The position numbers and the translations under genes are program-made. Shown here piece by piece: positions 36,801 through 46,500 of a stretch of DNA of 64,000 nucleotides. The DNA lies in assembly GCA_963718605.1 (NCBI GenBank), contig OY970363.1, forward strand, positions 3,011,239-3,075,238, written 5' to 3'. The notes beneath the pieces were generated by a model that was given only the letters and a program-made list of their open reading frames with translations, searched no databases and had not been told where the DNA came from. Position 1 is the first letter of the stretch. Each line of letters starts with the position of its first letter. The stretch is from an uncultured Actinomycetes bacterium (GTDB taxonomy: Bacteria; Actinomycetota; Acidimicrobiia; Acidimicrobiales; JACCXE01).

Positions 36801-37428
36801 CGGTCGCGCCGTCGACCTGTTCGAACAGTCGATCGCGGAGTTGGATGGGCTAAATCACGAAATGGGTGCCGCCGTCAGTCGGAACAACCTCGGTGAGGTT
36901 CTTATCGCTCAAGGTCGACCGCTCCGGGCGGCCGAGTTGCTCGAGATCGCGTATTCAGCGCTGAGTGCCGCCGGTCATGCCTACTGGCCACTCATCGCGA
37001 CGAACCTCGCCCGCGCACTCGCGCGATGCGGGGATTCGGACCGCGCGGTTGAACTCGCGCGGGCGGCGCGGGAGGCGATGCCTGCGGTCGGGCGCGTCGG
37101 TGAAGACATCGCTCTGGTTATGGGCGGTCGCGCTGACGATGTCCACCTGGCCGATATCGATGAGTCCGGGCCCGACCGAGTGTGGTTGCGACTGTGGTTG
37201 GCCGCGGAAGGACGAGGCGTGCTCCCGGCCGACGAGACAGCCGCCGAGCCGACCGAAGCGTTCGACTGGGATCGGCTCGTCCTTGAGCAAGCACTTCGCG
37301 TCGTTGTCGCGCAGAGTCGCGGCGACGCTACGAACGCCAAACGCGCCGAGGCGCTCCTTCAAGAACTGAAGGAGCGCCTCGGCGTGATTTGGATTCCGGT
37401 GCCCGGAGGCCCGCCGCCTACAGAGTGA
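33802..37428 (+). CDS. tandem class III nucleotidyl cyclase domains + P-loop STAND/AAA ATPase + TPR-like C-terminal region
   Basis: CHD1 FADVSGFT / KYGGDAMLLFF. CHD2 RIGIHRGHTFFGAVG...MGDVVNTAARVM. P-loop LLGPAGIGKTRML. Long Ala/Leu-rich helical repeats. No C-terminal HTH seen. Confidence 0.8.
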   Translation: MAVTGAVERDLTPYSPRLLLDWDEQFPGQTHQSIEGTLVFADVSGFTALSERLARKGKVGAEEMTDIISFLFADLLGVAALRGGEMLKYGGDAMLLFFRGDEHALRASAAALEMQRRLRSIGRVDTGNGSVKLRMSVGVHSSAFDFFVVGQRHRELVVTGPATTTCAAMETAADATEIVLSPTTAELVGPRYLGEAKGPGQLLRLLPWARRFAPVAREPDPNAGAFLPQLVRDHLAAGGTDSEHRVSTVAFIQMMGLDAYVVEGRTEDAARDLDATLSVIEEALEEFGVAMLGTDLIADGAKVLAVSGAPIAHEDHEERMLRAARRIVETQTPLAVRIGIHRGHTFFGAVGPPFRRTYTVMGDVVNTAARVMGRAKAGEVLCLKPVLDESRSFFDATEGEPFAAKGKTEPLQPWSVGPNLGPKVAMADELPLVGRDAELARLREAVDAVRNDGRGQVIELLGPAGIGKTRMLSELRSIANLPVVEAVCDPYTRGQPFAAIASAIRVLLAINSESDVARRLGDDTTMLGPMLTALGLRLDSEIEAASPDAPSVGVASILESWLIAAPGQVLTIDDAHHLDDASKQLFGRLTNVPSALLVVAASESPALASAEQVPLTPLDEHAATQLVFASRPQGILTEHLRKILATAEGNAFFLRELASASTDEFPDHLASAVSASIDRLNPTDRAALRAAAAVGAVFATDVVAATGVDTDWVGLADFVAPWFDDTMRFRSDLARDAAYSGLSYRDRRRIHRAIGEFLETTDDANDRSAALARHFDAGGEPARAYTYAIASAELLEQVDAGACAEQWERAARSGASSGVTKTDVAWAWAKAASSLALAGDLGGAVAAAKRARRVGLPDPQAVARSYFVEGEAYRLQGDFPHARRAYTRANRELELSGTLDAAAVRLLVARAGLEIDLGRFRAAARLGLRARDLSIEIGDRAGRGHAADVLVVALPYCGDLDEAAAEGAIAVDARREVGDTFAAATALSNLGLLETRRGLLGRAVDLFEQSIAELDGLNHEMGAAVSRNNLGEVLIAQGRPLRAAELLEIAYSALSAAGHAYWPLIATNLARALARCGDSDRAVELARAAREAMPAVGRVGEDIALVMGGRADDVHLADIDESGPDRVWLRLWLAAEGRGVLPADETAAEPTEAFDWDRLVLEQALRVVVAQSRGDATNAKRAEALLQELKERLGVIWIPVPGGPPPTE

Positions 37429-40400
37429 ACTTGAAGTCGGCGGACTGGGTCGGGATGAGCAGGCCCGGATCAAAGGCCATATAGACCCGCTGGCACGACA
37501 ACAGCCAGCCCAACTGGGCGACGAACGGGTACTCGAACCGGTTGTTCGCCGCGTTCCACGCAGTCACCCCGGAGCTCGGCGGGATGTTGATCGTGATGCC
37601 GAGGCTCGGTAGCAACCCCGGACAGTTGATCGTGCTCCTCGAAACCGACCGCACGACGCTCGGATCGGTGACGACGGCGTCGAAGCGGTCGTAGATCCGG
37701 AACGGCATCGGCGTGGTGGACAGAACCGCGACGGTGTTGATGTCCGGTCGGTTTCTGATCGGCGAGAACCAACCTTCGAAACGTCCCGTCGGATTCGCCA
37801 CGGCGTAGTGCGTGGTGGCCGTCGTGGTGTTGCCAGCGGGGTCGGTCGCGGTGACGGAGTAGCTCCGGCTCGGCGTGGCCGACGAGGTGTCGATCGGCGG
37901 CACCGTGCAGGCGATCAGGGCGCCTCCGTCGAGACAGGCGACCGTCGGCGTCGCCGCCGCGCCAGTGGCGAAGACGCTGGTGCCGTCGGCCTTCGGGCTC
38001 GTGAGGTTGATAACCGGCGCGGTGCCGTCGACCAAGTACGACACCGAGGCGGTGCGCGTTCGGCCGGCGCTGTCGGTCGCCGTCACCTTGAACACCTTGG
38101 TGGTGTCGGCTCCGGGGCTCACGGTGTCGAGCGCGGTGGCCGAACCACCTGCGGTAACGACACACGACGAAACTCCCCACCCGGTGTCCGAGCAGGCAAA
38201 CACGGGCGTGACGCTCGCGCCGGCCCGGAACAGCTGGCCCGAAGCGGGTGTCGTGATGACCACGCCGGGCAGAGTGGCGTCGCCCACCGCGTAGTGCGTC
38301 GTCACTGTCGCCGAGTTCCCAACCGCGTCGGTCGCGGTGACCGAATACGCGCGGCTCGCCGTCGTTGTAGCGGTGTCGATCTGGGGCACGGTGCACGCGA
38401 TCGCCTGACCGCCGTCGGTGCACGTCACGTCCTCGACCGGGTTCGACCCGGTCTCGAACTTCGACGTGCCGTCGGCCTTCGGGCTCGTGAGCGTGATGAC
38501 GGGCGCCGTGCCGTCGGCGATGTAGTTGATGGACAGGGTTGAGATGCGTCCCTTGCTATCGGTCGCCCTGACCGTGAAGGTCTTCGTGGTGTCGGCGCCC
38601 GGGCTGGCGGTGTCGAGCGCGGTGGCCGAACCGCCCGAGGTGACGTCACAGGACGTGACGCCCCACCCGACGTCTTCGCAATTGAAGACGGGCGTCACCG
38701 CGGCACCACTCTTGAAGCGTTGGCCCGAGGCCGGAGTGGTGACAACGATGTGGGGTGCAGCGGCGTCGGCGACCGCGTAGTGCGTCGACGCAGTCGCGGA
38801 GTTGCCGACGGCGTCGGTGGCGGTCACCGAGTACGGGCGGCTCGCGGTAGGCGTGGAGGTGTTAATCGTCGGGACCGTGCAAGCGATCGGCTGGCCGCCG
38901 TCGGTGCAGGTAACGGACTCGACCTCGTTCGCGCCCGTCTCGAACTTCGACGTACCGTCAGCCTTGGGGTTCAGAAGGGTGATGACCGGGGCGGTGCCGT
39001 CGGCGACATACGAGACCGACTTCGTCGCCGTGCGACCGCGGCTGTCGGTCGCCTCGACCGTGAAGGTCTTGGTGGTGTCGGCATTCGGGCTGGCGGTGTC
39101 CAGCGCCGTGGCCGAACCGCCCGAGGTGACAACGCATGATGTGACGCCCCACCCGACGTCGTCGCAATGGAACGCGGGTGTGACGTTGCTGCCCGACTTG
39201 AACCTCTGGCCAGCAGTGGGCGAGGTGATGGTGATGGTCGGCGGCGTGCCGGGTGAAACCGCATAGTGCGTCGACGCCGTGGACGAGTTACCGACCGCAT
39301 CGGTCGCGGTGACCGAGTAGTCGCGGCTCAGCGTCGCCGTCGCGGTGTTGATGGTCGGCACGACGCACGCCAATGGCTGGCCGCCGTCGGTGCACGTCAC
39401 GGCCTCGACCGGGTCAGAACTCTGCACGAACTCCGATGTTCCGTCGGCCTTCGGGTTCGTGAGCGTGATGACAGGCGCGGTGCCGTCGGCCACGAACGTG
39501 ACCGATCCGGTCGCCGTGCGGCCAGCGTTGTCGACGGCCTTGACCTTGAAGGTCTTCGTGGTGTCGGCATTGGGGCTGGCCGTGTCGAGCGCGGTCGCGC
39601 TGCCGCCGGCGGTTACGTCGCAGCTTTGGATCCCGGAGCCGGTGTCGTCGCATCGGTATGCGGGCACGATCTCCGAACCCGCGCGGACCCGGGCGCCGTT
39701 GATCGGCGACAGGATCGTGACGGTCGGTACAGCGGTGTCGACGTTCGCGAGTAGGTAGCCGGACTGGCCGTTCGACGCAGTCCAGTCAACGCGATGGCTG
39801 CCTTCCTGCGTGATGTGGAACGGGCCGGCGTAGTCAGTGGCGGTAGTGGAGCCGTTGCGGCCCTCCCCGTCGACGAGGTACGTGAACGTGACACCGGCGG
39901 GCCCCTCCAGAGTGACTGTCGCGTCACTCGTCCAACCGCTGGCGCCGTTCGGCGTGTTCGGGCCACCGGCGGTAGCGGTGATGCCCTCGGGAGGCTCCGG
40001 AGCCACGGCCGGCGAAGCGAAGAAGTTCTTGTTCGTGGTCGTGCCGACGTTGCCGTTGTTGTCGACGGCTTGGACGAGGTACTCCACCGTGTTGCCGGTG
40101 AGGTTGAGCGCGCCGGTGTAGTGGTCGGGGTCCGACGGATCCGCGGTCAACTCGGCGCGAGCCCACTGCGCGGTGGTCTCGTCGTGTGCGAGTACAACGA
40201 CGCGCTTGATCCCGCCGGGAAGCGGCGACTCGGGTGTGGGCCCGGGCTCCTGATCGCTGGCGATGACGTCGAAGGCGACCGAGGGGCCGACGCGCGACAC
40301 CGCGCTCTTGGCGACGATCGGTCGGATGCGGTCGAGCGACGATGAGAAATACGCCAAGCCGGCGACGTGGGTGTAACGCCGCTGCACACCGACGGTCTGA

Positions 40401-43400
40401 CCGTCGCTCTGGCTTCCGGTTGCTTTGAACTGACCGGGCACTACTACGACGCTGTGCCGCGGTCCGGAGCGGTCGAGGTATTGCGAGGCCCCGACGATGG
40501 TCGACGGGAACAAGACGTCGGACGAGTCGATTTCAGCTTCGTGCGAGCCATCGTCCACGACCTGGCTGGCGACGACCGGGTTGAACGACGTCAGCGAATC
40601 GTCTGAGGTCAGCTCGGTGACGAGCCCATCGGCGATCTTCTTGGCGGGCTGCGTGACATCGAGCTCGAGCTTGGGCTCAAGCGGACGCCCGATAACCGTC
40701 AACGGGTCCGAGTTGATCGCATCGGCTTGCGACGCGGTGAGGAACTTGCCGTCGGTTCCCGTGTCGTGGGTCGTGAAGGTTGGATCAGCGGCGAAGCCGA
40801 AGCTGTCGAGACCTGTGAAGGGATCGACTTTCGTCGCCGGATTGGCGGGTTGGACCGTCGGGGCGACGCCACCGGGGAGGGTCCAGAACGGCAAGCCGTA
40901 AAGGACGGCCTCGTTGAGGACCTTCTCGTCGTAGACGCCGTAGACACCGATTGAACCAACGAAGTGCTGCTTAGACAGACGCAGCGCGTCACCGACCGAG
41001 GTGCCGGTGGTGGTCAGGTTCTTGGCGAAGTCCGAGAGGATCTTCTCGGACAGGCCCATGGTGTGCTTGAGGCCGACGCCGTAGCCGGTCTGGCCGAGGT
41101 AGGTGGCTTTGTGCGCCGCCATCGCCTGGGCCCAGTCACGCAGGCGCGCAGCCTGCGATGCGTTCGGGTTGGCGATCAGGATGTCGGCCACGCTCACACC
41201 GGAGTGGCAGCCCATCGTGAAGAACAGGCTGCGGCTGCGGTTCGACGCCGAACTCTGGTCGAACGCCGCGGTGGAGTACAGATCGGCCGCGGTTCCCGAC
41301 CCTGAACTGACGCCCGGCAACAGCGACGCGTGGTCGTAGTGGGCGTTGAGGCTGGCGATGTCCGGGTTGTCGTCGAGCGCGGAGGCCGCGTTCGCTCGCG
41401 TAAACGGCGCCGCGTTGGTCGAAGTGTCGTCGTCGAGCAGCGTGCGTCCGGACGACGGCACCGAACGTCCGAGGGTGGAGTCGACATCGGTCGCGAGGTC
41501 GCGCATGAAGTCGTAGCCCGCCGTGACCGCGCTGGCTCGGTCGAGTTTTCCGTCGGCGTCGATGTAGCTCTGCGCGTAGCCGGTGACGTCGGACGGGGTT
41601 TCACCCATCCGGCTCAAGCCGACGTCGCTCACGTAGAGGTAGCGGCCGAGGTAGGGCGACGGAGCCTTGTCGCCGTACGGGTCGTCGGACAGCTGGTAGC
41701 CACCGGCAAACGCGGCCTGGAGCGCGTTGTTGGAACCGCTGAAGGCCAACGCGGCCGCGTACCCGCGCTCGTTGGTCTGCTGGGTTAGATCGGGGATGCG
41801 GGCCATCGGGACCATCTCGTCGTTGCCGACGACCACCACGTTGTTGACGTTGCTGGCAGACAGTCCGTTGGCGCCGTACAGAGAATCGACGGCGTCGTTG
41901 ATCGCTCGCACTACGGAGTTGGCCGCGTCGGTGGAGCAGGAGTTGGCGTCCCAGGTTGCGTAGGCGCTGCGCACCGCGGCGAACCCGTCGAGATCAACGA
42001 CAGCGCCGTTGACCTCGGGCCGCGCCGCGAGTTCCGTCAACTTGGTCGACATCGCGTCGACCGTCGACTGCCCGTATGAGGCGGCGAGGCGGCCCTTGTT
42101 CACCAGGAAGAGGCTCGTCTTACCGGCGACCGTCGCCGCGGTCGGAGTCGGTCGACTCGCGAGACCGGCGCTATACCCCGAGCGACCGGTACACGCGGCC
42201 GGCGCAGACGGCGGCGTGGCGGTGAACCGAATCGTCTGCGTCTTCGGGCTGGCGAGGTGATTGAACGGAATCACTTCAGCTCGGTAGACCCCGGTCACAG
42301 GGACGGTAAAGGTCACAGTGTCGTTTGCGGTCCCGCGATTGGTTGAGATGCCGACCACCGGCAGGTTCGCGATCGAGATCTCGCTGAGAGTCTCGGGGTC
42401 GAGCGGCTCGCCGCTATTGCGCAGACTCCCCGGGTCACCGACCGGAACGATCGGCGTTGTGTTGGCGTTGCTTCGCCGCAGCGCCTGTCCTGCCGCGAGG
42501 CCGGCGGGCCCGTAAACGACGAGGTCGGCGTCGCCGCCGCCTTGCGTGAGAATCGCGGTGACCAGGGTGCCCGCGGTCAGCGTGGAGCCACCGCCGGGGG
42601 CGTTGAGCACGCTGAAGTCGAGGTCAGTGCCCGTCTGGCTGTGATTGAGGTAGAGACGGTCCGAGTCCATCGCGGGTGCGCCGGCGATCGTGTCGTTGGC
42701 GGGTTCGAAGATGTCTTGCACGTCGACCGCGGCGCGGTTGTGCACCTGCTGGTCGAGTGAGCGCGACGAAACCCGCACGCCGACGGTCTGATCCGCCGCG
42801 AGGTCGAGCCCTGGACGAACGTCAAAGCCGAGGTGCAGCACTTGGGTGCCGGGGACCGAGCGGGGGACGGCAAATACGAGGCGGTTGCCCGACAGGCGCG
42901 TCGGGTGGATCGAACCGATGGGTGTTCCTGCCAGCGACAGGGACCCGGAACCGGCGATGTACCGGAACCCGGCCGGGAGCTCGACGGTAAAGGACAGTCC
43001 TGACATCGGCTCGTTGAACGGTCCGCTGTCGGGTGCGTAGTCGACGCTGTAGGTGAGCTTGCTGGACTCGTTGGGACCCGAGCCGTTGTAGCCCTCGATA
43101 CCGAGCTGGTCGGCTGACACCTTGTCGATCGGGCTGTAGGACGTCGGAAGGAATCCGGTTACCAACTCGCCGATCGTGAACTCGTCAGCCGCGTGGCCGA
43201 GATCGGAGAAGACTGCGGTCGACTTCAATGCGTTGGCGCTGAACGCGTCGGCGAGGGTCGCACACGTGGTGCACGTCGTGATGGTCGAGCGGTTCGGTGT
43301 CGTCGACAGAGGAACCGTTCCGAGGTTCATCAGGTCGAGCTCCATGTCGGCGAGGCGGAAGTCCGCCAACGCGGGCCGACCGGTCGCTCCAGGGTTCGAC

Positions 43401-43591
43401 GGGTAGCTGAGGTCACCGACGGTAAGGCCCTCGAGATCGGCGAGGCCGGACAGATCAACGCCGGCGACCTGGAAGTCAAGCAGCGACAACGCGCCGATCT
43501 CGGAACATGAATCTGACGAGAACGCCTGCGAATGTGAGTGCACGTACCCGCAGAAGTCGACGCCCTGCTTAGTGATGGAACTCACAGGCAT
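37418..43591 (-). CDS. giant C25/gingipain-like cysteine peptidase-domain protein with PPC domain and eight Ig/HYR-like domains
   Basis: PPC: EPANDTIAGAP...DLDFSVL...GGDADLVVYGP. C25-like: VVVVGNDEMVPMARIPD, LSDDPYGD, VSDVGLSRMGETPSDV, LNAHYDH, FFTMGCHSGVS. There are four tandem 162-aa units. No N-terminal signal peptide is visible. Confidence 0.75.
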   Translation of the reverse strand: MPVSSITKQGVDFCGYVHSHSQAFSSDSCSEIGALSLLDFQVAGVDLSGLADLEGLTVGDLSYPSNPGATGRPALADFRLADMELDLMNLGTVPLSTTPNRSTITTCTTCATLADAFSANALKSTAVFSDLGHAADEFTIGELVTGFLPTSYSPIDKVSADQLGIEGYNGSGPNESSKLTYSVDYAPDSGPFNEPMSGLSFTVELPAGFRYIAGSGSLSLAGTPIGSIHPTRLSGNRLVFAVPRSVPGTQVLHLGFDVRPGLDLAADQTVGVRVSSRSLDQQVHNRAAVDVQDIFEPANDTIAGAPAMDSDRLYLNHSQTGTDLDFSVLNAPGGGSTLTAGTLVTAILTQGGGDADLVVYGPAGLAAGQALRRSNANTTPIVPVGDPGSLRNSGEPLDPETLSEISIANLPVVGISTNRGTANDTVTFTVPVTGVYRAEVIPFNHLASPKTQTIRFTATPPSAPAACTGRSGYSAGLASRPTPTAATVAGKTSLFLVNKGRLAASYGQSTVDAMSTKLTELAARPEVNGAVVDLDGFAAVRSAYATWDANSCSTDAANSVVRAINDAVDSLYGANGLSASNVNNVVVVGNDEMVPMARIPDLTQQTNERGYAAALAFSGSNNALQAAFAGGYQLSDDPYGDKAPSPYLGRYLYVSDVGLSRMGETPSDVTGYAQSYIDADGKLDRASAVTAGYDFMRDLATDVDSTLGRSVPSSGRTLLDDDTSTNAAPFTRANAASALDDNPDIASLNAHYDHASLLPGVSSGSGTAADLYSTAAFDQSSASNRSRSLFFTMGCHSGVSVADILIANPNASQAARLRDWAQAMAAHKATYLGQTGYGVGLKHTMGLSEKILSDFAKNLTTTGTSVGDALRLSKQHFVGSIGVYGVYDEKVLNEAVLYGLPFWTLPGGVAPTVQPANPATKVDPFTGLDSFGFAADPTFTTHDTGTDGKFLTASQADAINSDPLTVIGRPLEPKLELDVTQPAKKIADGLVTELTSDDSLTSFNPVVASQVVDDGSHEAEIDSSDVLFPSTIVGASQYLDRSGPRHSVVVVPGQFKATGSQSDGQTVGVQRRYTHVAGLAYFSSSLDRIRPIVAKSAVSRVGPSVAFDVIASDQEPGPTPESPLPGGIKRVVVLAHDETTAQWARAELTADPSDPDHYTGALNLTGNTVEYLVQAVDNNGNVGTTTNKNFFASPAVAPEPPEGITATAGGPNTPNGASGWTSDATVTLEGPAGVTFTYLVDGEGRNGSTTATDYAGPFHITQEGSHRVDWTASNGQSGYLLANVDTAVPTVTILSPINGARVRAGSEIVPAYRCDDTGSGIQSCDVTAGGSATALDTASPNADTTKTFKVKAVDNAGRTATGSVTFVADGTAPVITLTNPKADGTSEFVQSSDPVEAVTCTDGGQPLACVVPTINTATATLSRDYSVTATDAVGNSSTASTHYAVSPGTPPTITITSPTAGQRFKSGSNVTPAFHCDDVGWGVTSCVVTSGGSATALDTASPNADTTKTFTVEATDSRGRTATKSVSYVADGTAPVITLLNPKADGTSKFETGANEVESVTCTDGGQPIACTVPTINTSTPTASRPYSVTATDAVGNSATASTHYAVADAAAPHIVVTTPASGQRFKSGAAVTPVFNCEDVGWGVTSCDVTSGGSATALDTASPGADTTKTFTVRATDSKGRISTLSINYIADGTAPVITLTSPKADGTSKFETGSNPVEDVTCTDGGQAIACTVPQIDTATTTASRAYSVTATDAVGNSATVTTHYAVGDATLPGVVITTPASGQLFRAGASVTPVFACSDTGWGVSSCVVTAGGSATALDTVSPGADTTKVFKVTATDSAGRTRTASVSYLVDGTAPVINLTSPKADGTSVFATGAAATPTVACLDGGALIACTVPPIDTSSATPSRSYSVTATDPAGNTTTATTHYAVANPTGRFEGWFSPIRNRPDINTVAVLSTTPMPFRIYDRFDAVVTDPSVVRSVSRSTINCPGLLPSLGITINIPPSSGVTAWNAANNRFEYPFVAQLGWLLSCQRVYMAFDPGLLIPTQSADFKFTL
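37803..39746 (-). repeat. 4 x 486-bp tandem coding repeats (162 aa = two Ig/HYR-like domains per unit)
   Basis: The marker GCGTAGTGCGT (THYAV on the coding strand) recurs at 37803, 38289, 38775 and 39261, exactly 486 nt apart. Confidence 0.85.
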
Positions 43592-46500
43592 AGAGGCGAG
43601 TGTCAGGGCCGTCGCGCTCGACCTGCCCGAAGGGCGTGCCTTGATAAGAGAGTTCCTGGAGCCTGAACGTCGCGTGGTTGGGGTGCGCCTGCAACGCCTT
43701 GAGCTCGTCGTAGAGAGTCAGGCTTTGCGCAGGTGAGCTGGCGAGTTCAGGAATGTCCGCGTTGAACTGCTGCCAGCCTCCGGGCCGCTCAAGCGTCAAC
43801 TCGGCAAGGCTCGTCTGCCGAAGTCCATTGGCCACGGGCGACTTCAGGAGGGTGAGGAAGGGCAGGCCGGATTTCAAGAATGTGAGGTTCGGCAGGGGCG
43901 ACTTCAGGAGGGTGAGGAAGGGGAGACCGGATTTCAAGAATGTGAGGTTCGGCAGGGGCGACTTCAGGAGGGTGAGGAAGGGGAGACCGGATTTCAACAA
44001 CGTGAGGTTCAGTAGCCCCGACTTCAACAACGTGAGATTCGGCAAGCCGGCTCCGTCGAACTGACCCTTGATCGCGGCCGCGTCGGACTGGATCGGCACG
44101 TAACCCACTGGGATAGACGCGGGGCTCGCGGCCATCGCCGTCGTCGACGTCGACACCTTCAGGTTCTCGACCCAGTCGCTCTGGCCGATGAGGCCCATCT
44201 CAGGCTTGTAGATGGTGCGCAGCGTGCCGTCCGTCGAGTTGATGGAGTCGAGACGGTTGTTGAACGTCGAGGAGCCGACGGTGTACTGCACGGTGGCGGG
44301 ACGGGCCGGGTCCGAGGTGGGCACGAAGACACCCGAGTTGGCGTCCTCATTCGAGACCGGGGCCGACGCGCTGCACGTCTCGTGAAAGGTCGTGAAGCTG
44401 GCGTCGTTCGGCAACAGATAACAAACCGAGGTGCGCGGTGCGCGCACCGTGGCGTCGGTGAACACGATCTCGCCGTTGGGGCCCCACGAGCCGCTGTAGG
44501 CATCGATCCCGCTGGTTACCTGCACAAGGGTGCCGGTGAGCGGGCCGGTCATCCAACGGTAGAAGAGGTCGTGCGTGCCGCCGTTGGACCGCTGGAACAA
44601 GACCTTGCTGCCGTCGGCCGACCACGCCGGGAACTGGTCGAAGTCCGCGGTGTTGGTGATCCGCGTCTTGCCCGTGCCGTCGGCGTTCATCGTCCAGATA
44701 TCGAACGGCTGGACACCCAAGTTTCCATAGCTCGGGCCGTTGCCGTCGGAGACGAACGCGATCTTGGTGCCGTCAGCCGACCAGTCCGCGTCCGCCTCGT
44801 AGGCGGTGACGTCGCCCGCGAGGTCGACGAAGGCGCCGGCCGCGTTGCGCTTGCGCACGTTTGCGTCGAAGGCGTTGGTGTCACTGACCGAGGTGAAGGC
44901 AATCTCGCGGCCGTCGGGGCTGAACGTCGGGTCCGCTGAGCTACGGCCGGGTTGGTTGGCCGAGGTGGTCACTTGCTCGAGGCGCGCGCCCGAGGAGTCG
45001 ATCGCCCACAGTTCGGAGTGGCCGGACTGGTTCGAGTCGAACACGACGCGGCCGGTGGGTCCGAAGTCGGTAGGTGTTGGAGCTGGGTCGCCGACCACCT
45101 GCGCGACGAGGCCGACGAAGGATGCAGCGGGCTTGTGCGCGCCGGCGGCGACGATCGTTCCGTCGTCACGAATGCCCACGCTTTCGAACTGTGCGTGCGT
45201 CGACGAGCTCGGGATGTAGGCGGCTGCAGATGCGACGCCGAAGCTCATGTCCGGGTGACCGGCCGAGTCGTAACGCGTGAGCGACGCGTTCTGAGCCGAC
45301 GGGCCCGAGCCGCCTGCGAGCACGACGTCGCCGTTGGGGGCTACGGCGATGCCGAAGCCGGTCTCGAAGTTGTTGGTGCAGTACTGGACGAGACCTCCGC
45401 TGCCGAAGTTGGCGTCGAGGGTTTGCGCGTCGGATTTGTAGGCCAGCGCGAACGCGGCGCGGTCCGAGCTGTTGGTGCAGCCCCCGAAGTCGCCGACCAC
45501 GTAGATGCGTCCATCCGGCCCGAGCCCGGCGCCGTGCACCTGCATCGAGTTGGGACCGCTCGGGACTGCGAGGGCGTCGATGGGTGTCGACCGCACGGTC
45601 AGCAGCGCGCCGTTCGCGGCGTAATGGCGGACGACCACGACCCACTCGTTCACGCCCGGGCTGGTCTGCTCGCGACCGACCGCGACGAACGAGCCGTCGG
45701 GATTAACTACGACGCCGTCGAGATCGTCAGTCCCGCCCGCGTTCGCGGCCGAGCCGTGGTACTCGCCCGACGCGTCGAACGTGGGATCAAGCGATCCGTC
45801 GGCGTTGAGCCGCACGACATACAGATCTTGTGGATCGCCCGATGGCGTCTGCCAGAAGCCGACGCCGACGATCTTGCCGTCCGGGAGGACGGCCACGTCG
45901 TTCACCACGACGTCGTCGACCATGTTGTCGGCAGAGTCGTACGGGTTGGTGCGGGGCACGACGGCCACGCCCCCCGTGCCGAAGGTCGGGTCAAGTGACC
46001 CGTCCGCGTTGAACCGCACGAATGTCGGCGACTGGGAGTTCGCGCCTGCGCCGGACTGGCCCGCGGCTACGAGGGTGCCGCTGAGGCCGTGAACTATCGA
46101 GTTCGCGCGCGACGAGGCGAAGTTGCCGCCGCCGGGTTTGGGAATCCCGTCGATACGGCTCGTGACCGCACCGCCCGCCGCGGGTTGGGTGGCAACGACG
46201 AACTGGCTGGAGTTGCGTTCGCCCGCCAACCAGGTTTGGTCAGCGTCAGCGACGAGCTTGTGGACCGCGGACATCCCGAAGCTGTCCTCGAGCCCGTCGC
46301 CGGAGTACGAGAGCACGGGCGAGCCGGCGTCGGTGCCTTGCACCGGCGACGTGAGGAACCGCACGAGGACGTTGTGAATGTGGTCGCCGAGCACCACGAC
46401 CTTGCCGTCGGCCTGCGTGACGATGTCGCGGATGTTGCTGTTGATGGCGGCGCCGTGCCGGAGCACCCGCTCATTGCGGCGCAGACCGGTCGTGGACAGT

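Noticed and set aside
43836-44050. CRISPR array
   Set aside because: The units are contiguous 60/30-nt tandem repeats without unique spacers. They lie in-frame inside a long CDS, and there are no cas genes in the window.
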